Origin: Alphaproteobacteria bacterium
GTDB taxonomy: Bacteria; Pseudomonadota; Alphaproteobacteria; RF32; CAG-239
Direction of reading: 5' to 3'
Length of the DNA: 64,000 nt
NCBI GenBank assembly: GCA_045637985.1
Contig: JAZUAM010000006.1
Span: 10,726 to 74,725, forward strand
Within the stretch, counting starts at the first letter, position 1. Every line of letters begins with the position of its first letter. A program made the translations under genes and the position numbers. The notes under the pieces are model-generated. The model was not told the origin of the DNA. It did no database searches and was given only the letters and a program-made list of their open reading frames with translations. Positions 48,852-57,811 of the stretch are shown one piece after another.

Positions 48852-49797
48852 GACATACGCTGGAATAGATTTGGGATCAAATTCTTGTAAATTGTTAATT
48901 TGTGATGAAAACGGAAAACGTTTGTGTCTGAAAAATTATCCTACCAGATTGGCAGAAGGAATGTATGAGAATAATTTGATAACTAAGCAGGCTTTTGAAA
49001 GAGGGCAACAATGTTTTTTTGAATATCGTCAGTTATTAGATAAATATGGTGTTGAAACTGATAATATGCGTGCTATTACCACTGCGGCTTGCAGGATGGC
49101 ATCAAACGGTGAGGAATTTGTAAAGAGTATTTTTAATGAATCGCGAATAAAGCTAGAAATAATAGACGGGATGGAAGAAGCTAAGTTAAATTTAAAAGGG
49201 GCTCTTGAACATGTTCAAGGACAGAGCAAGTATGTTGTTGTTTATGATTTGGGAGGAGGATCAACAGAGGTTACTTTGGCAACCAATGAAGTTAATCCGA
49301 AGATAATTTATTCTGTTTCAATTCCTTGGGGTGCAAGAAATTCTTCAGAAGCTTTTGATTTGGTCGAATATAATCAAGAAAAAGCGGCTAAGTTGGAAAA
49401 TGAAGTTAATTTGTATATGGATGATTTTTTGAATAATTCAAAACTAAGTGAATATGATGATGTTTGTTTTGTTGCAACATCATCATCACCATTGCGTTTG
49501 GTTTCAATGATCAGAAATTTTGGTGAATATGATCGAGAAAGAGCTGATGGGCTAAAAATGAATAAGCAAGAAATGGATGAGGCTATAGCAAAATTATTAT
49601 CGGCTAAAAGAAAAGATTTGGCGGCAAGTCCATATGTCGGAGATAAAAGGTCGTATATTTTTGTGGCGGCGTGTGTAATATTTAAGACTATATATGAACG
49701 TTTGGGGTTAGAAGAAATAACAGCTTCATTAAAAAGTGCAAAAGATGGTATTGTAGCCAGCTTAATTGAGAGGGATAAATATGGCAAAGTTGACTAA
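48844..49797 (+). CDS. Ppx/GppA-family phosphatase, copy 2
   Basis: AGIDLGSNSCKLLIC..., DLGGGSTEV. Overlaps copy 1 by 8 nt. AGGGAAG RBS. Confidence 0.8.
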   Translation: MTKTYAGIDLGSNSCKLLICDENGKRLCLKNYPTRLAEGMYENNLITKQAFERGQQCFFEYRQLLDKYGVETDNMRAITTAACRMASNGEEFVKSIFNESRIKLEIIDGMEEAKLNLKGALEHVQGQSKYVVVYDLGGGSTEVTLATNEVNPKIIYSVSIPWGARNSSEAFDLVEYNQEKAAKLENEVNLYMDDFLNNSKLSEYDDVCFVATSSSPLRLVSMIRNFGEYDRERADGLKMNKQEMDEAIAKLLSAKRKDLAASPYVGDKRSYIFVAACVIFKTIYERLGLEEITASLKSAKDGIVASLIERDKYGKVD

Positions 49798-50491
49798 ATC
49801 AGCTAAAGAAATTGCAGGCAGGCATAATCTTACTGTTAAACTAAAAACAGGAAAATATAAGAAAAAATCATCAAATCAATGGCTTATTCGTCAGCTTAAT
49901 GATCCGTATGTTGCAGAATCAAAGCGTTTGGGATATAGGTCGAGGGCTGCTTTTAAATTGATACAACTTGATGAAAAATATAAATTTTTAGGAAAAGGAA
50001 AGAATATTGTTGATTTAGGTTGTGCTCCCGGTGGGTGGACACAGGTAGCTGTTATGCGTAATAAAGGAAGCGGAAAGGTTGTAGGAATTGATATTTTGGA
50101 AACAGAGCCTGTTGTAGGGGCTGATATTATTTGTCAGGATTTTACGGCAGAGGATGCTTCGGAAAAGCTGAAGTTGTTGTTAGATGGCGAGGCTGATATT
50201 GTGATGAGTGATATGGCTGCTAATACTACAGGTCATCAGCAAACAGATCATTTAAGAACAATCGGTTTAGTTGAGGCTGCATATGAATTTGCAAAGGAAG
50301 TTTTGGCTGAAGGAGGTATTTTTATTGCTAAAGTTTTTCAAGGAGGGGCGGAAGGTGAGTTGTTGGCAGATGCAAAACAAAATTTTATGAAAGTGTCTCA
50401 TTTTAAACCTGCGGCCAGCAGAAAAGAGTCTCCGGAGACATATTTGGTAGCCCAATGTTATAGGAAAAAAATACAGGTTAGCACATTGTGA
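49781..50491 (+). CDS. rlmE: 23S rRNA (uridine2552-2'-O)-methyltransferase RlmE/FtsJ
   Basis: WLIRQLNDPYV...GYRSRAAFKLIQLDEKY...VDLGCAPGGWTQV...VMSDMAANTTG...KVFQG are FtsJ signatures. Confidence 0.92.
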   Translation: MAKLTKSAKEIAGRHNLTVKLKTGKYKKKSSNQWLIRQLNDPYVAESKRLGYRSRAAFKLIQLDEKYKFLGKGKNIVDLGCAPGGWTQVAVMRNKGSGKVVGIDILETEPVVGADIICQDFTAEDASEKLKLLLDGEADIVMSDMAANTTGHQQTDHLRTIGLVEAAYEFAKEVLAEGGIFIAKVFQGGAEGELLADAKQNFMKVSHFKPAASRKESPETYLVAQCYRKKIQVSTL

Positions 50492-50504
50492 TAAAATTAC
50501 TTTT

Positions 50505-51278
50505 TTAGTAATCTACTTTTGTTAGATAAAGTCCACATGCCGGAGCTGTCGGTCCGGCGGCACTTCTGTTTTTGGCTTCCAATATAGTTTTGATATCATT
50601 CGGTTTTAGTTTTCCTTCGCCAACTAATTTTAATGTTCCGACCATATTGCGAACTTGATGATGTAGGAATGATTTGGCTTCAACGGTAAATATTATTTCG
50701 TCACCATTTTGAGTTATATTTAATTTATCAAGTGTTTTAATAGGAGATTTTGCTTGACAAGCAGCCGCGCGAAAAGAAGAAAAATCGTGATTACCCAATA
50801 AAAAATCGGCGGCGGTTTGCATGTCTCTGATGTTTAAAGGTACTGGAACCCACCACACACGATTAGCCAATAAAATTGATGGAGCCCGTCGATTTAATAT
50901 GCGATAGATATATCCTCGTCCCTTAGCTGAAAAACGAGCATGAAAGTTGTTGTCTACCGATTCAACTTCTGTTATAACAACAGGAGCATTTATTTGTCGT
51001 AAATTGGCATTAAACGCTTCTCGTATTTTCCATGGTTCCATTTGAGTGTCAAAATCTATATGTGCAACTTGACCTATGGCGTGTACACCGGCATCTGTTC
51101 GTCCTGCGGCAGAAACTTCGCTGTGTTTTCCAGATAGTAACTCTAAGACATTTTCCAAATATTCCTGAATCGAAGGTCCGTCCAGTTGACGTTGCCAACC
51201 AAGAGTATCAGTTCCATCGTATTCCAGAGTTATCTTATATCGCAAATTTATATCCTTTTTATAAAAATCAGGGAGCAT
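50505..51278 (-). CDS. truA: tRNA pseudouridine(38-40) synthase TruA
   Basis: YKITLEYDGT...GWQRQ...AAGRTDAGVHA catalytic Asp motif. Internal ATG at 51278 preferred over the ORF start at 51374. Confidence 0.9.
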   Translation of the reverse strand: MLPDFYKKDINLRYKITLEYDGTDTLGWQRQLDGPSIQEYLENVLELLSGKHSEVSAAGRTDAGVHAIGQVAHIDFDTQMEPWKIREAFNANLRQINAPVVITEVESVDNNFHARFSAKGRGYIYRILNRRAPSILLANRVWWVPVPLNIRDMQTAADFLLGNHDFSSFRAAACQAKSPIKTLDKLNITQNGDEIIFTVEAKSFLHHQVRNMVGTLKLVGEGKLKPNDIKTILEAKNRSAAGPTAPACGLYLTKVDY

Positions 51279-51293
51279 ATTATTTATGCTCCC
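51271..51293 (-). terminator. Hairpin/terminator downstream of the oxidoreductase gene, overlapping the truA start codon
   Basis: GGGAGCATA (51271-51279) / TATGCTCCC (51285-51293), perfect 9-bp stem. The minus strand continues TGATTTTTAT. Confidence 0.55.
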
Positions 51294-51316
51294 TAAAAAG
51301 TTTTTTGGCAACAACT

Positions 51317-52324
51317 TTATTCTGCAGCCAGACTTATTGCAGACGTTGAACTGATAGCTTTTTGAACATTCCAAATAACTTTAAGTGCGTTCAATGCTTG
51401 TTCACCGGTTATGCGTGGCTTTTCATTGTTGTTTATACAGTTAGCAAAGTGTGTTAACTCTGAGGCTAAGGGCTGTGATTGCATGATAAACAAGTTTTCA
51501 ACACTTCCTTTCAAACCATAGCGCATATTTTCGGGTAAATCATTTTGATTTACTCCATGCATACGACCTTGTGAATGAACTGCAATGCTTTGATTAATAA
51601 AGTCCATATCAATATAGTTATCATTGGTTGTAACGTTTAATGTGCGAACACGAGATTGCGTAATACGTGAAGCTGTTAATGTAGCTGTAGCACCATTAGC
51701 AAATTCTAAAATTGCGGTTATGTAGTCTTTTCCTGTCGGTGATTTGGCCGAACGTACAGCTGATGCCTGTACATTTATAACAGGAGATTTAACTAATGAC
51801 ATTACAACTTCAGCATCGTGAATCATCAAATCCATGGCGACGTCGACATCTGTGATACGTCCGGAAGCTGCAGACATACGACGAGCTTCAAGAGAACATA
51901 TTTCAGATTTGTCGGTTAAAATTTTATGTAATTGTTCAATAGCGGGATTGAATTGTTCAATATGTCCGACAAGCAAAGTTACATTGTTTGCTTTTGCTGC
52001 GTTGATGAGTCTTAAACACTCATCTTCGGTAGTAGCCAAAGGTTTTTCTATTAAGCAGTGAATGCCTTTGTTTAAGAAGAATTCACCAACTTCAGCGTGG
52101 GTTACGGATGTTGTAACAACGCTTACAGCATCAACGTTGGCGGCAACTTCTTCCAAAGAAGAAAAAGCCTTTATTCCGAAAGCTTCGGCAGCAGCGTTGG
52201 CGGCATCAGAAAAAATATCATAAACACCTACCAATTCAAAATTTTGAAGGTTTTTGTAGGTTCTTAAGTGGTTTTTGCCCATCATTCCTGCGCCAATTAC
52301 GGCAACTTTAATTGGAGTATTCAT
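51317..52324 (-). CDS. Gfo/Idh/MocA family NAD(P)-dependent oxidoreductase
   Basis: IKVAVIGAGMMGKNH Rossmann N-terminus and EKP motif (CLIEKPLA). Confidence 0.8.
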   Translation of the reverse strand: MNTPIKVAVIGAGMMGKNHLRTYKNLQNFELVGVYDIFSDAANAAAEAFGIKAFSSLEEVAANVDAVSVVTTSVTHAEVGEFFLNKGIHCLIEKPLATTEDECLRLINAAKANNVTLLVGHIEQFNPAIEQLHKILTDKSEICSLEARRMSAASGRITDVDVAMDLMIHDAEVVMSLVKSPVINVQASAVRSAKSPTGKDYITAILEFANGATATLTASRITQSRVRTLNVTTNDNYIDMDFINQSIAVHSQGRMHGVNQNDLPENMRYGLKGSVENLFIMQSQPLASELTHFANCINNNEKPRITGEQALNALKVIWNVQKAISSTSAISLAAE

Positions 52325-52443
52325 TATTATATCCTTATAACTTTTTGTTTGTAGAAATTAATTTTGGTTTACATATACCAATTATTTTGATAAAAAGCAT
52401 TTAAATTCTTGTTTCATATTGTTACAAAATGTGAGGTGATTTT

Positions 52444-54213
52444 ATGTTGAAGCGTTTGGCATATGTTTTGGTGGTAATTGGCGGAATTGGATTGTTGGGA
52501 GCTTGTGCATCTGAGAAAAAAACGTTAGGAACAGCTCTTAATACGAATGATTTGGTTTTTTCCGGTCCGGTAGAATCGTTACCTAAGCCTGTAAATGTAT
52601 ATAATGCTATGGCAAGAGCAGCTAAATATAATGCTGATGTTTCGGCTCAGAATATGTTGAAGAAGATATATGACGGTAATGAGAATCCGAAGAAAATTGC
52701 CGAAAATATGTTTGCGGCAGGGCAAGAAGCGGACAAGCTTTATAATGCGGCCAGAGCATTGGATTTTGCTGATATTTATGCTATGAGTATTTTAACAGAT
52801 AATCAGAGATATATTGAAAATATGCTTTATGTGAAGTCTGCTCAGAATTTGAGTGTTGCGGCCATTAAGTTGCATAGAGAGGAAATTTTTGCAGAAAATC
52901 AAATTAAAAAGATTGATCGTTTAATGAAACAACAAGATAAGGTTTTAAAAAACTTGAATGATCGTATGGAGCGTAGTGGTGATCTTACGGATAAAGAACT
53001 TACGTATCGTAAAGATTTGGAAGTAGCATTAAATAATTTAGCAGAAATTAAAAGTCAGTTGCTTTATGTTGAAACAGAGTATAAACAACTTTTAAGAACA
53101 AAGGATAAAGATTTAGATCTTGAGAGTAAAAGATTTTATGAATTAGATGATTTTGATAAACGTTATAATCCTGATGTGTTTCAAGATTCAGCTATAAGTA
53201 ATCGTCGAGAATTTACGTTGGCAAAAGAAGAGTTAGGCAGTTTTAATGCCGCGAAGGCCAGACGTCAGGCTTTTGTTGATTATCCACCTGTGGCAAGATT
53301 GGATATAAATGGTTTGGAAATAGAGGATAGTCGTTATGAAAATGAACTGTTTAATAAGGCAAAGCTTGTGACGACTAATTTGTTTGATGCTGTTGAGAAA
53401 TATCAAAATAAACCAAATAATTTGGTTCTGAAACAAAAAGTTTTTGATGAATTGGCCGCATTGGTTATGACTCAAGTTGAATTGGGGTATCGTTTAGTTG
53501 AAAAATCAACATATGATTATGAAGCCAATAAGTATAAAATTGCAGAAGCAAAAGAAATTATCAAACAAATGGAAAAGAAACGTAATTTACCGGAATATGA
53601 AAAGGTTGATTTGTTAAACAAAAAAATTGAACTTATTGCTCTTGAACAGAAAGAGGCGCAAGTGTTGGCCGAAAGAGCTTCGTCTTTACGTAATTTGTAT
53701 TATTTGGCAGGACTTTCACCATTTGATAAAAGTGTATTAAAGGGGAGAATTAAAGATATTGAGATAACATTAAAGCAAGCATTTAATAAGGACGTGATTG
53801 CGATGTTGTCTGCGGTTAAGGAGAATCCTCGTTGGGATGATGGAGGAAATGCGTGGGCGCACAAGGATAATTGGCTTGAAGAATTGATTGATAGCGATGA
53901 AAATAAAAAAGTAAGTAAAACAGCAGATAAATCAGCTGCTAAACAAATAAAAAAATCAAGTAGTGCGGCAACAGATAAAAAAGGATATACTGTGATGCAG
54001 TTTGGTGCATATACAGATATGGAAAATGCAATAGCTGATCAGAAAAGGATAAAAGATGCTGTTTCATCCTTATCCGGATATGATATGTATATAGAAGAAG
54101 CTGAAGTTAACGGTACGGTGTATCATCGGTTGATGATGAAACCGGAGCAAAATAAACTGCAAAGTTTGTGTAATGATGTTGTTGTTGCCGGTTTTGACTG
54201 TATTCTTAAATAA
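52444..54213 (+). CDS. Lipoprotein with a long helical region and a C-terminal SPOR domain
   Basis: Lipobox LLGAC, about 480 aa predicted helical/coiled-coil, K/S-rich linker, then a SPOR-like domain (GYTVMQFGAYTDMENAIADQKRI...YHRLMM...CNDVVVAGFDCIL). GAGGTG RBS. Confidence 0.65.
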   Translation: MLKRLAYVLVVIGGIGLLGACASEKKTLGTALNTNDLVFSGPVESLPKPVNVYNAMARAAKYNADVSAQNMLKKIYDGNENPKKIAENMFAAGQEADKLYNAARALDFADIYAMSILTDNQRYIENMLYVKSAQNLSVAAIKLHREEIFAENQIKKIDRLMKQQDKVLKNLNDRMERSGDLTDKELTYRKDLEVALNNLAEIKSQLLYVETEYKQLLRTKDKDLDLESKRFYELDDFDKRYNPDVFQDSAISNRREFTLAKEELGSFNAAKARRQAFVDYPPVARLDINGLEIEDSRYENELFNKAKLVTTNLFDAVEKYQNKPNNLVLKQKVFDELAALVMTQVELGYRLVEKSTYDYEANKYKIAEAKEIIKQMEKKRNLPEYEKVDLLNKKIELIALEQKEAQVLAERASSLRNLYYLAGLSPFDKSVLKGRIKDIEITLKQAFNKDVIAMLSAVKENPRWDDGGNAWAHKDNWLEELIDSDENKKVSKTADKSAAKQIKKSSSAATDKKGYTVMQFGAYTDMENAIADQKRIKDAVSSLSGYDMYIEEAEVNGTVYHRLMMKPEQNKLQSLCNDVVVAGFDCILK

Positions 54214-54220
54214 AAAAAGT

Positions 54221-54249
54221 TTGTCAAAATACAAATTTTGCGTTATTCT
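54221..54249 (+). promoter_or_regulatory. Sigma70-like promoter candidate for the pentapeptide/T4CP-like pair
   Basis: TTGTCA (54221-54226), 17-nt spacer, TATTCT (54244-54249). Confidence 0.35.
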
Positions 54250-54287
54250 GTAAAAAAACTTAGGAAACTTAATGCTGAGGAAATTTT

Positions 54288-55403
54288 ATGCAGGATGATA
54301 GTAAGTTAGATAATATTCGAGCCAGAATTAGAGAGGGGCAAGAAGATTTCGATCGACGATTGCAAGAAGAAATACAAGGAAAGACTTCTTGGAGTATGGT
54401 TTCAAAGCATGGAGTTGATGCCAAAAATATTTTTGATGATGACAAATTGAGGTTTATCGGCAAAAATTTAGAGAATGGAAAATTTGCAAAAGAGAATTTA
54501 CAAGGAGCGGATTTTTCTGTTGCAAATTTGACGGGGGTTGATTTTTCCGGTGCAGATTTGCGAGGGGTTAATTTTTCCGGTGCAAATTTAACGGGGGCTG
54601 ATTTATCAGGAGCTGATTTGAGTGGTGCCATATTGGCCGGTACGGTTTTACATGGTACAAATTTTACGAAAGCTAAGCTTAATGGTGTTAAATTTACTGA
54701 TGCGGATTTAGAAAATGCAATTCTTTTAGATATTGAAATCGATGTTATAGGGATTGAAGAACTTCAAGCTCTTATAGAATATTTGGCAAAATATTATCCT
54801 CATAAATTAAATTTAAGAAATATTAATTTATCGTTATTGGATTTATCTAAAATTGATTTATCCAAAGTCAGTTTAAGAGGTGTTGATTTTACCGGAATTG
54901 ATTTTACCGGAGTTAATATTGTCGGATTAGATTTGAGTGAATGTAATATTACTCCTGAGCAGATTGCACAGGCTTTAGGAAGGGTTCCAGGGAAAGAAGA
55001 ATTAGCAAGAATTTTGGCGCCAAAAAATAAGAAAAAGTCAAATTATCAAAGTGTTGATTTTACGGAGTTGTTTTTAGGTAACAATAAGGAATTCGGAGTG
55101 CTTGATTTTCAAAAGGATAAAGGAATTAGCATTGAAACGCTAATAAAGGCCGGAAAAAAAGTATTCGGACAAGGCAAGAAGCCTGATGTGAAAGATGAAC
55201 AGGCATTAGAAAATATAAAGAGTGAACAGGATTTGAAGGCGAAATCTCATAATGAAGAGTTGCGAAAGATTATTGAAGAGCGTAAAGAAAAAGAATTAGC
55301 TGCCAGAAAAGCAATGAAAGAAAGTATTGATCAAGAGAAACCTAAGATAAAAGAAAATAACGAACATATTGTTCCTATACGGGATATGGGAAGAGGACGA
55401 TAA
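54288..55403 (+). CDS. Pentapeptide-repeat protein with a K/E-rich C-terminal tail
   Basis: 16 consecutive pentapeptides (ENLQG ADFSV ANLTG VDFSG ADLRG VNFSG ANLTG ADLSG ADLSG AILAG ...) and a second block of about 10 (...LDLSK IDLSK VSLRG VDFTG IDFTG VNIVG LDLSE). No signal peptide. GAGGAA RBS. Confidence 0.85.
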   Translation: MQDDSKLDNIRARIREGQEDFDRRLQEEIQGKTSWSMVSKHGVDAKNIFDDDKLRFIGKNLENGKFAKENLQGADFSVANLTGVDFSGADLRGVNFSGANLTGADLSGADLSGAILAGTVLHGTNFTKAKLNGVKFTDADLENAILLDIEIDVIGIEELQALIEYLAKYYPHKLNLRNINLSLLDLSKIDLSKVSLRGVDFTGIDFTGVNIVGLDLSECNITPEQIAQALGRVPGKEELARILAPKNKKKSNYQSVDFTELFLGNNKEFGVLDFQKDKGISIETLIKAGKKVFGQGKKPDVKDEQALENIKSEQDLKAKSHNEELRKIIEERKEKELAARKAMKESIDQEKPKIKENNEHIVPIRDMGRGR

Positions 55404-55408
55404 AAATA

Positions 55409-57742
55409 ATGTGTGGACAAATCAGCATAGCTCATGAAAAGAGTCGATTGGGTATAGTGTTGAATGTTGGGATATTGTTGTTTGTTGTTTATTTGTCATT
55501 TTTTATATTATCGGCAGTATGTTTTGCATTTCTTGATTTGGCATGTCGGTTTGATTTTATTATTCATGATGATTTGTTGCACGTAGATTGGAAGTCTTTT
55601 TTTTACAATCCGTTGTATGTGTTTGATTTGTATGTTAATTGGTGGAATACGTTAGTTAAAAGTATTCGTTTGATGATGTGGCGTCCGGTTTTGTTGGTTC
55701 CGTTTGTGGTGCCGGTTGGAATGTTTGTTGCTGCAATTGTTACTTTGTTAACAAGAAACTATTCGTTTTCTTTGTGGTATATTTTGAATCATCATTTTGC
55801 AAATATTAAAGATATTAAGTTAATGGGACTTGATAAAGGTCTTTTTATGGTCTTAGGGCGATATGCCGGAGCGTTGCTTAGTGTTAAGCCGGCTGATTCC
55901 GTTTTATGTATTGGGGAGATGGGAAGCGGCAAAACATCAAGTGTTGCAATACCATCTGTTTTAAGATCGGATAATGCGTGTATAATAGGCGTAGATATGA
56001 CAGGGCTTTTGCCAAAGTATACGGCAGGATATCGCGCAGAATTAGGTAAAGTAATTTATTATAATTGGGATTTAACGGATGATCCTGAAAAAGAAATGTA
56101 TTATCCTCGGTGGAATCCTTTGGATGATGATAATATGCCTAAGGACAGAAAAGAAAAAGATGCTTATTTGAAAAGAATTGCAAATTATCTTATCGATGTT
56201 GATGATTGTGAAAAGGATAATTATTGGAATATCTTAGCTAATTCATTGGTTGTATCATTTTTGGGATATTGGGTTGCGAAAGTTGAACAGGCTAAATCAA
56301 ATGATTATTTTTTAGGAAAAATTTTGGAAGGTAAGCATTTAACTAAAGAGGAAAAAGATATATTACTTAGTCATTATGTGTTGATGCCATCTTCATATAC
56401 TAAAGAAATTATAAGTGCAATTCAGAACGACAGTTTAAATGAAAATAATTATTTACCTATCGGAAGTTGGGCCGGTGTTCCGGAACAATGGATAGGAAGA
56501 GATGTTTGTTTTGCAACTATAACGGATTGGGTTCTTGAAAATTATTTGTCATCAACGGATGATAATATACGTGATTGGAAAGGTTGGTTTGATGCTTTGT
56601 TACGAGAAACAATATTTTTCGGATACGGAACGTCTGTTGAAAGTGGAATACGACAGATTTTGGCATTATCGGCTAAGCAGAGACAATTAGTTTTTGCATG
56701 TGCTATAAAACCATTTAAAATATTTACCAATCAAGCAATTCGTGAAAGAACAAATGGTAATGATTTTTATTTGGATAATATCAGAGGTGTTTATGATGAA
56801 AATTTGGGTGTTTGGCGTCCGGTAACAATTTATTCTATGGCTAACACGTATGCATCGAAAATTTTGAATCAAATGTTTTTGGATGAAGCATTGTATCAAA
56901 ATCTTAATTTAAAAGAAAATATAGGGCCTTTGCCTGTTATGTTGGTGTTGGATGATGTGGGACATAATCTTCGTTTGAAAAATTTGATGGAGTTATTGCA
57001 GAGTGGACGAAGTAAAAAAATGTCGGCATTATTGTTGTGTAATTCATTGGCATTGGTGGAAAATACATATAGTAAGCAGGAATTGGAAAATGTTGTTGTA
57101 AATACAGCATATAAAATCATAAAAGCATCGGATAACCAAAAGCTTAGTCGGCAGTTGGATAAATTGGCGGCATTTGCAACCAGATCTGTTCAGATACCTA
57201 AAGATAAACGAAAAAGAAAGAGAGATAAAAGAAAATATTTTGCTGATGCAAATTATTTTCACCAATTGGCATTAGATTTTAAGTTACGCAAAAATATTAA
57301 AATTGATACAAAAGATCATCAGATTGTTTTGGCAGAAGGATATTATCATCGTCCGATTTTGGCTGATAATGTATTTTTTGCGGAAGATGATCGATTTAAA
57401 AAATTGGCTGTTATGAATGCAGATTATACTCTGGCAGAGGATATATTAGATAAGAAGAATAAAAAGTATATGGAAACGCCCAAAGTTACGGAAATATTTA
57501 ATAATAAAGATTTGGGGCTTGATGATTTGGTTGAACTGGAACAGTATCTGAATGTTGTTTTTGAAGAATTTTCTGATGAAGTTTCTTCAATTAGTGAAAA
57601 GAAAGAAGAAACAGTAAAAGATATAGCGGTTGAAAAAACGGATAACGCGACGGATAAAGAGGTTGAAGATTGGTGGCTATCGGAAAATGCATTTAATTTT
57701 GAGTTAAAAACAAAAACGAATCCGTTTGGTAATAAAAAATAG
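55409..57742 (+). CDS. Divergent VirD4/TraG-like type IV coupling protein family membrane ATPase (orphan)
   Basis: N-terminal hydrophobic helices, Walker A GEMGSGKTS (from nt 55913), RWNPLD, DNYWN, Walker-B-like VMLVLDDVG (from nt 56936) and GRSKKMSALLLCNSLALVENTY, in the motif order of T4CPs. Acidic/basic C-terminal tail. Confidence 0.6.
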   Translation: MCGQISIAHEKSRLGIVLNVGILLFVVYLSFFILSAVCFAFLDLACRFDFIIHDDLLHVDWKSFFYNPLYVFDLYVNWWNTLVKSIRLMMWRPVLLVPFVVPVGMFVAAIVTLLTRNYSFSLWYILNHHFANIKDIKLMGLDKGLFMVLGRYAGALLSVKPADSVLCIGEMGSGKTSSVAIPSVLRSDNACIIGVDMTGLLPKYTAGYRAELGKVIYYNWDLTDDPEKEMYYPRWNPLDDDNMPKDRKEKDAYLKRIANYLIDVDDCEKDNYWNILANSLVVSFLGYWVAKVEQAKSNDYFLGKILEGKHLTKEEKDILLSHYVLMPSSYTKEIISAIQNDSLNENNYLPIGSWAGVPEQWIGRDVCFATITDWVLENYLSSTDDNIRDWKGWFDALLRETIFFGYGTSVESGIRQILALSAKQRQLVFACAIKPFKIFTNQAIRERTNGNDFYLDNIRGVYDENLGVWRPVTIYSMANTYASKILNQMFLDEALYQNLNLKENIGPLPVMLVLDDVGHNLRLKNLMELLQSGRSKKMSALLLCNSLALVENTYSKQELENVVVNTAYKIIKASDNQKLSRQLDKLAAFATRSVQIPKDKRKRKRDKRKYFADANYFHQLALDFKLRKNIKIDTKDHQIVLAEGYYHRPILADNVFFAEDDRFKKLAVMNADYTLAEDILDKKNKKYMETPKVTEIFNNKDLGLDDLVELEQYLNVVFEEFSDEVSSISEKKEETVKDIAVEKTDNATDKEVEDWWLSENAFNFELKTKTNPFGNKK

Positions 57743-57811
57743 TTGTTATTTAGATGTAATCGTTGATATACTTTGCGTATTGTTGCGAATCGTTAATTGA
57801 ATAGATGAAAT

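Noticed and set aside
54269-54631. 120-aa minus-strand ORF with repetitive SAPxKSAPxKF sequence
   Set aside because: It is the antisense reading of the pentapeptide-repeat DNA. Its periodicity just mirrors the sense-strand repeats.
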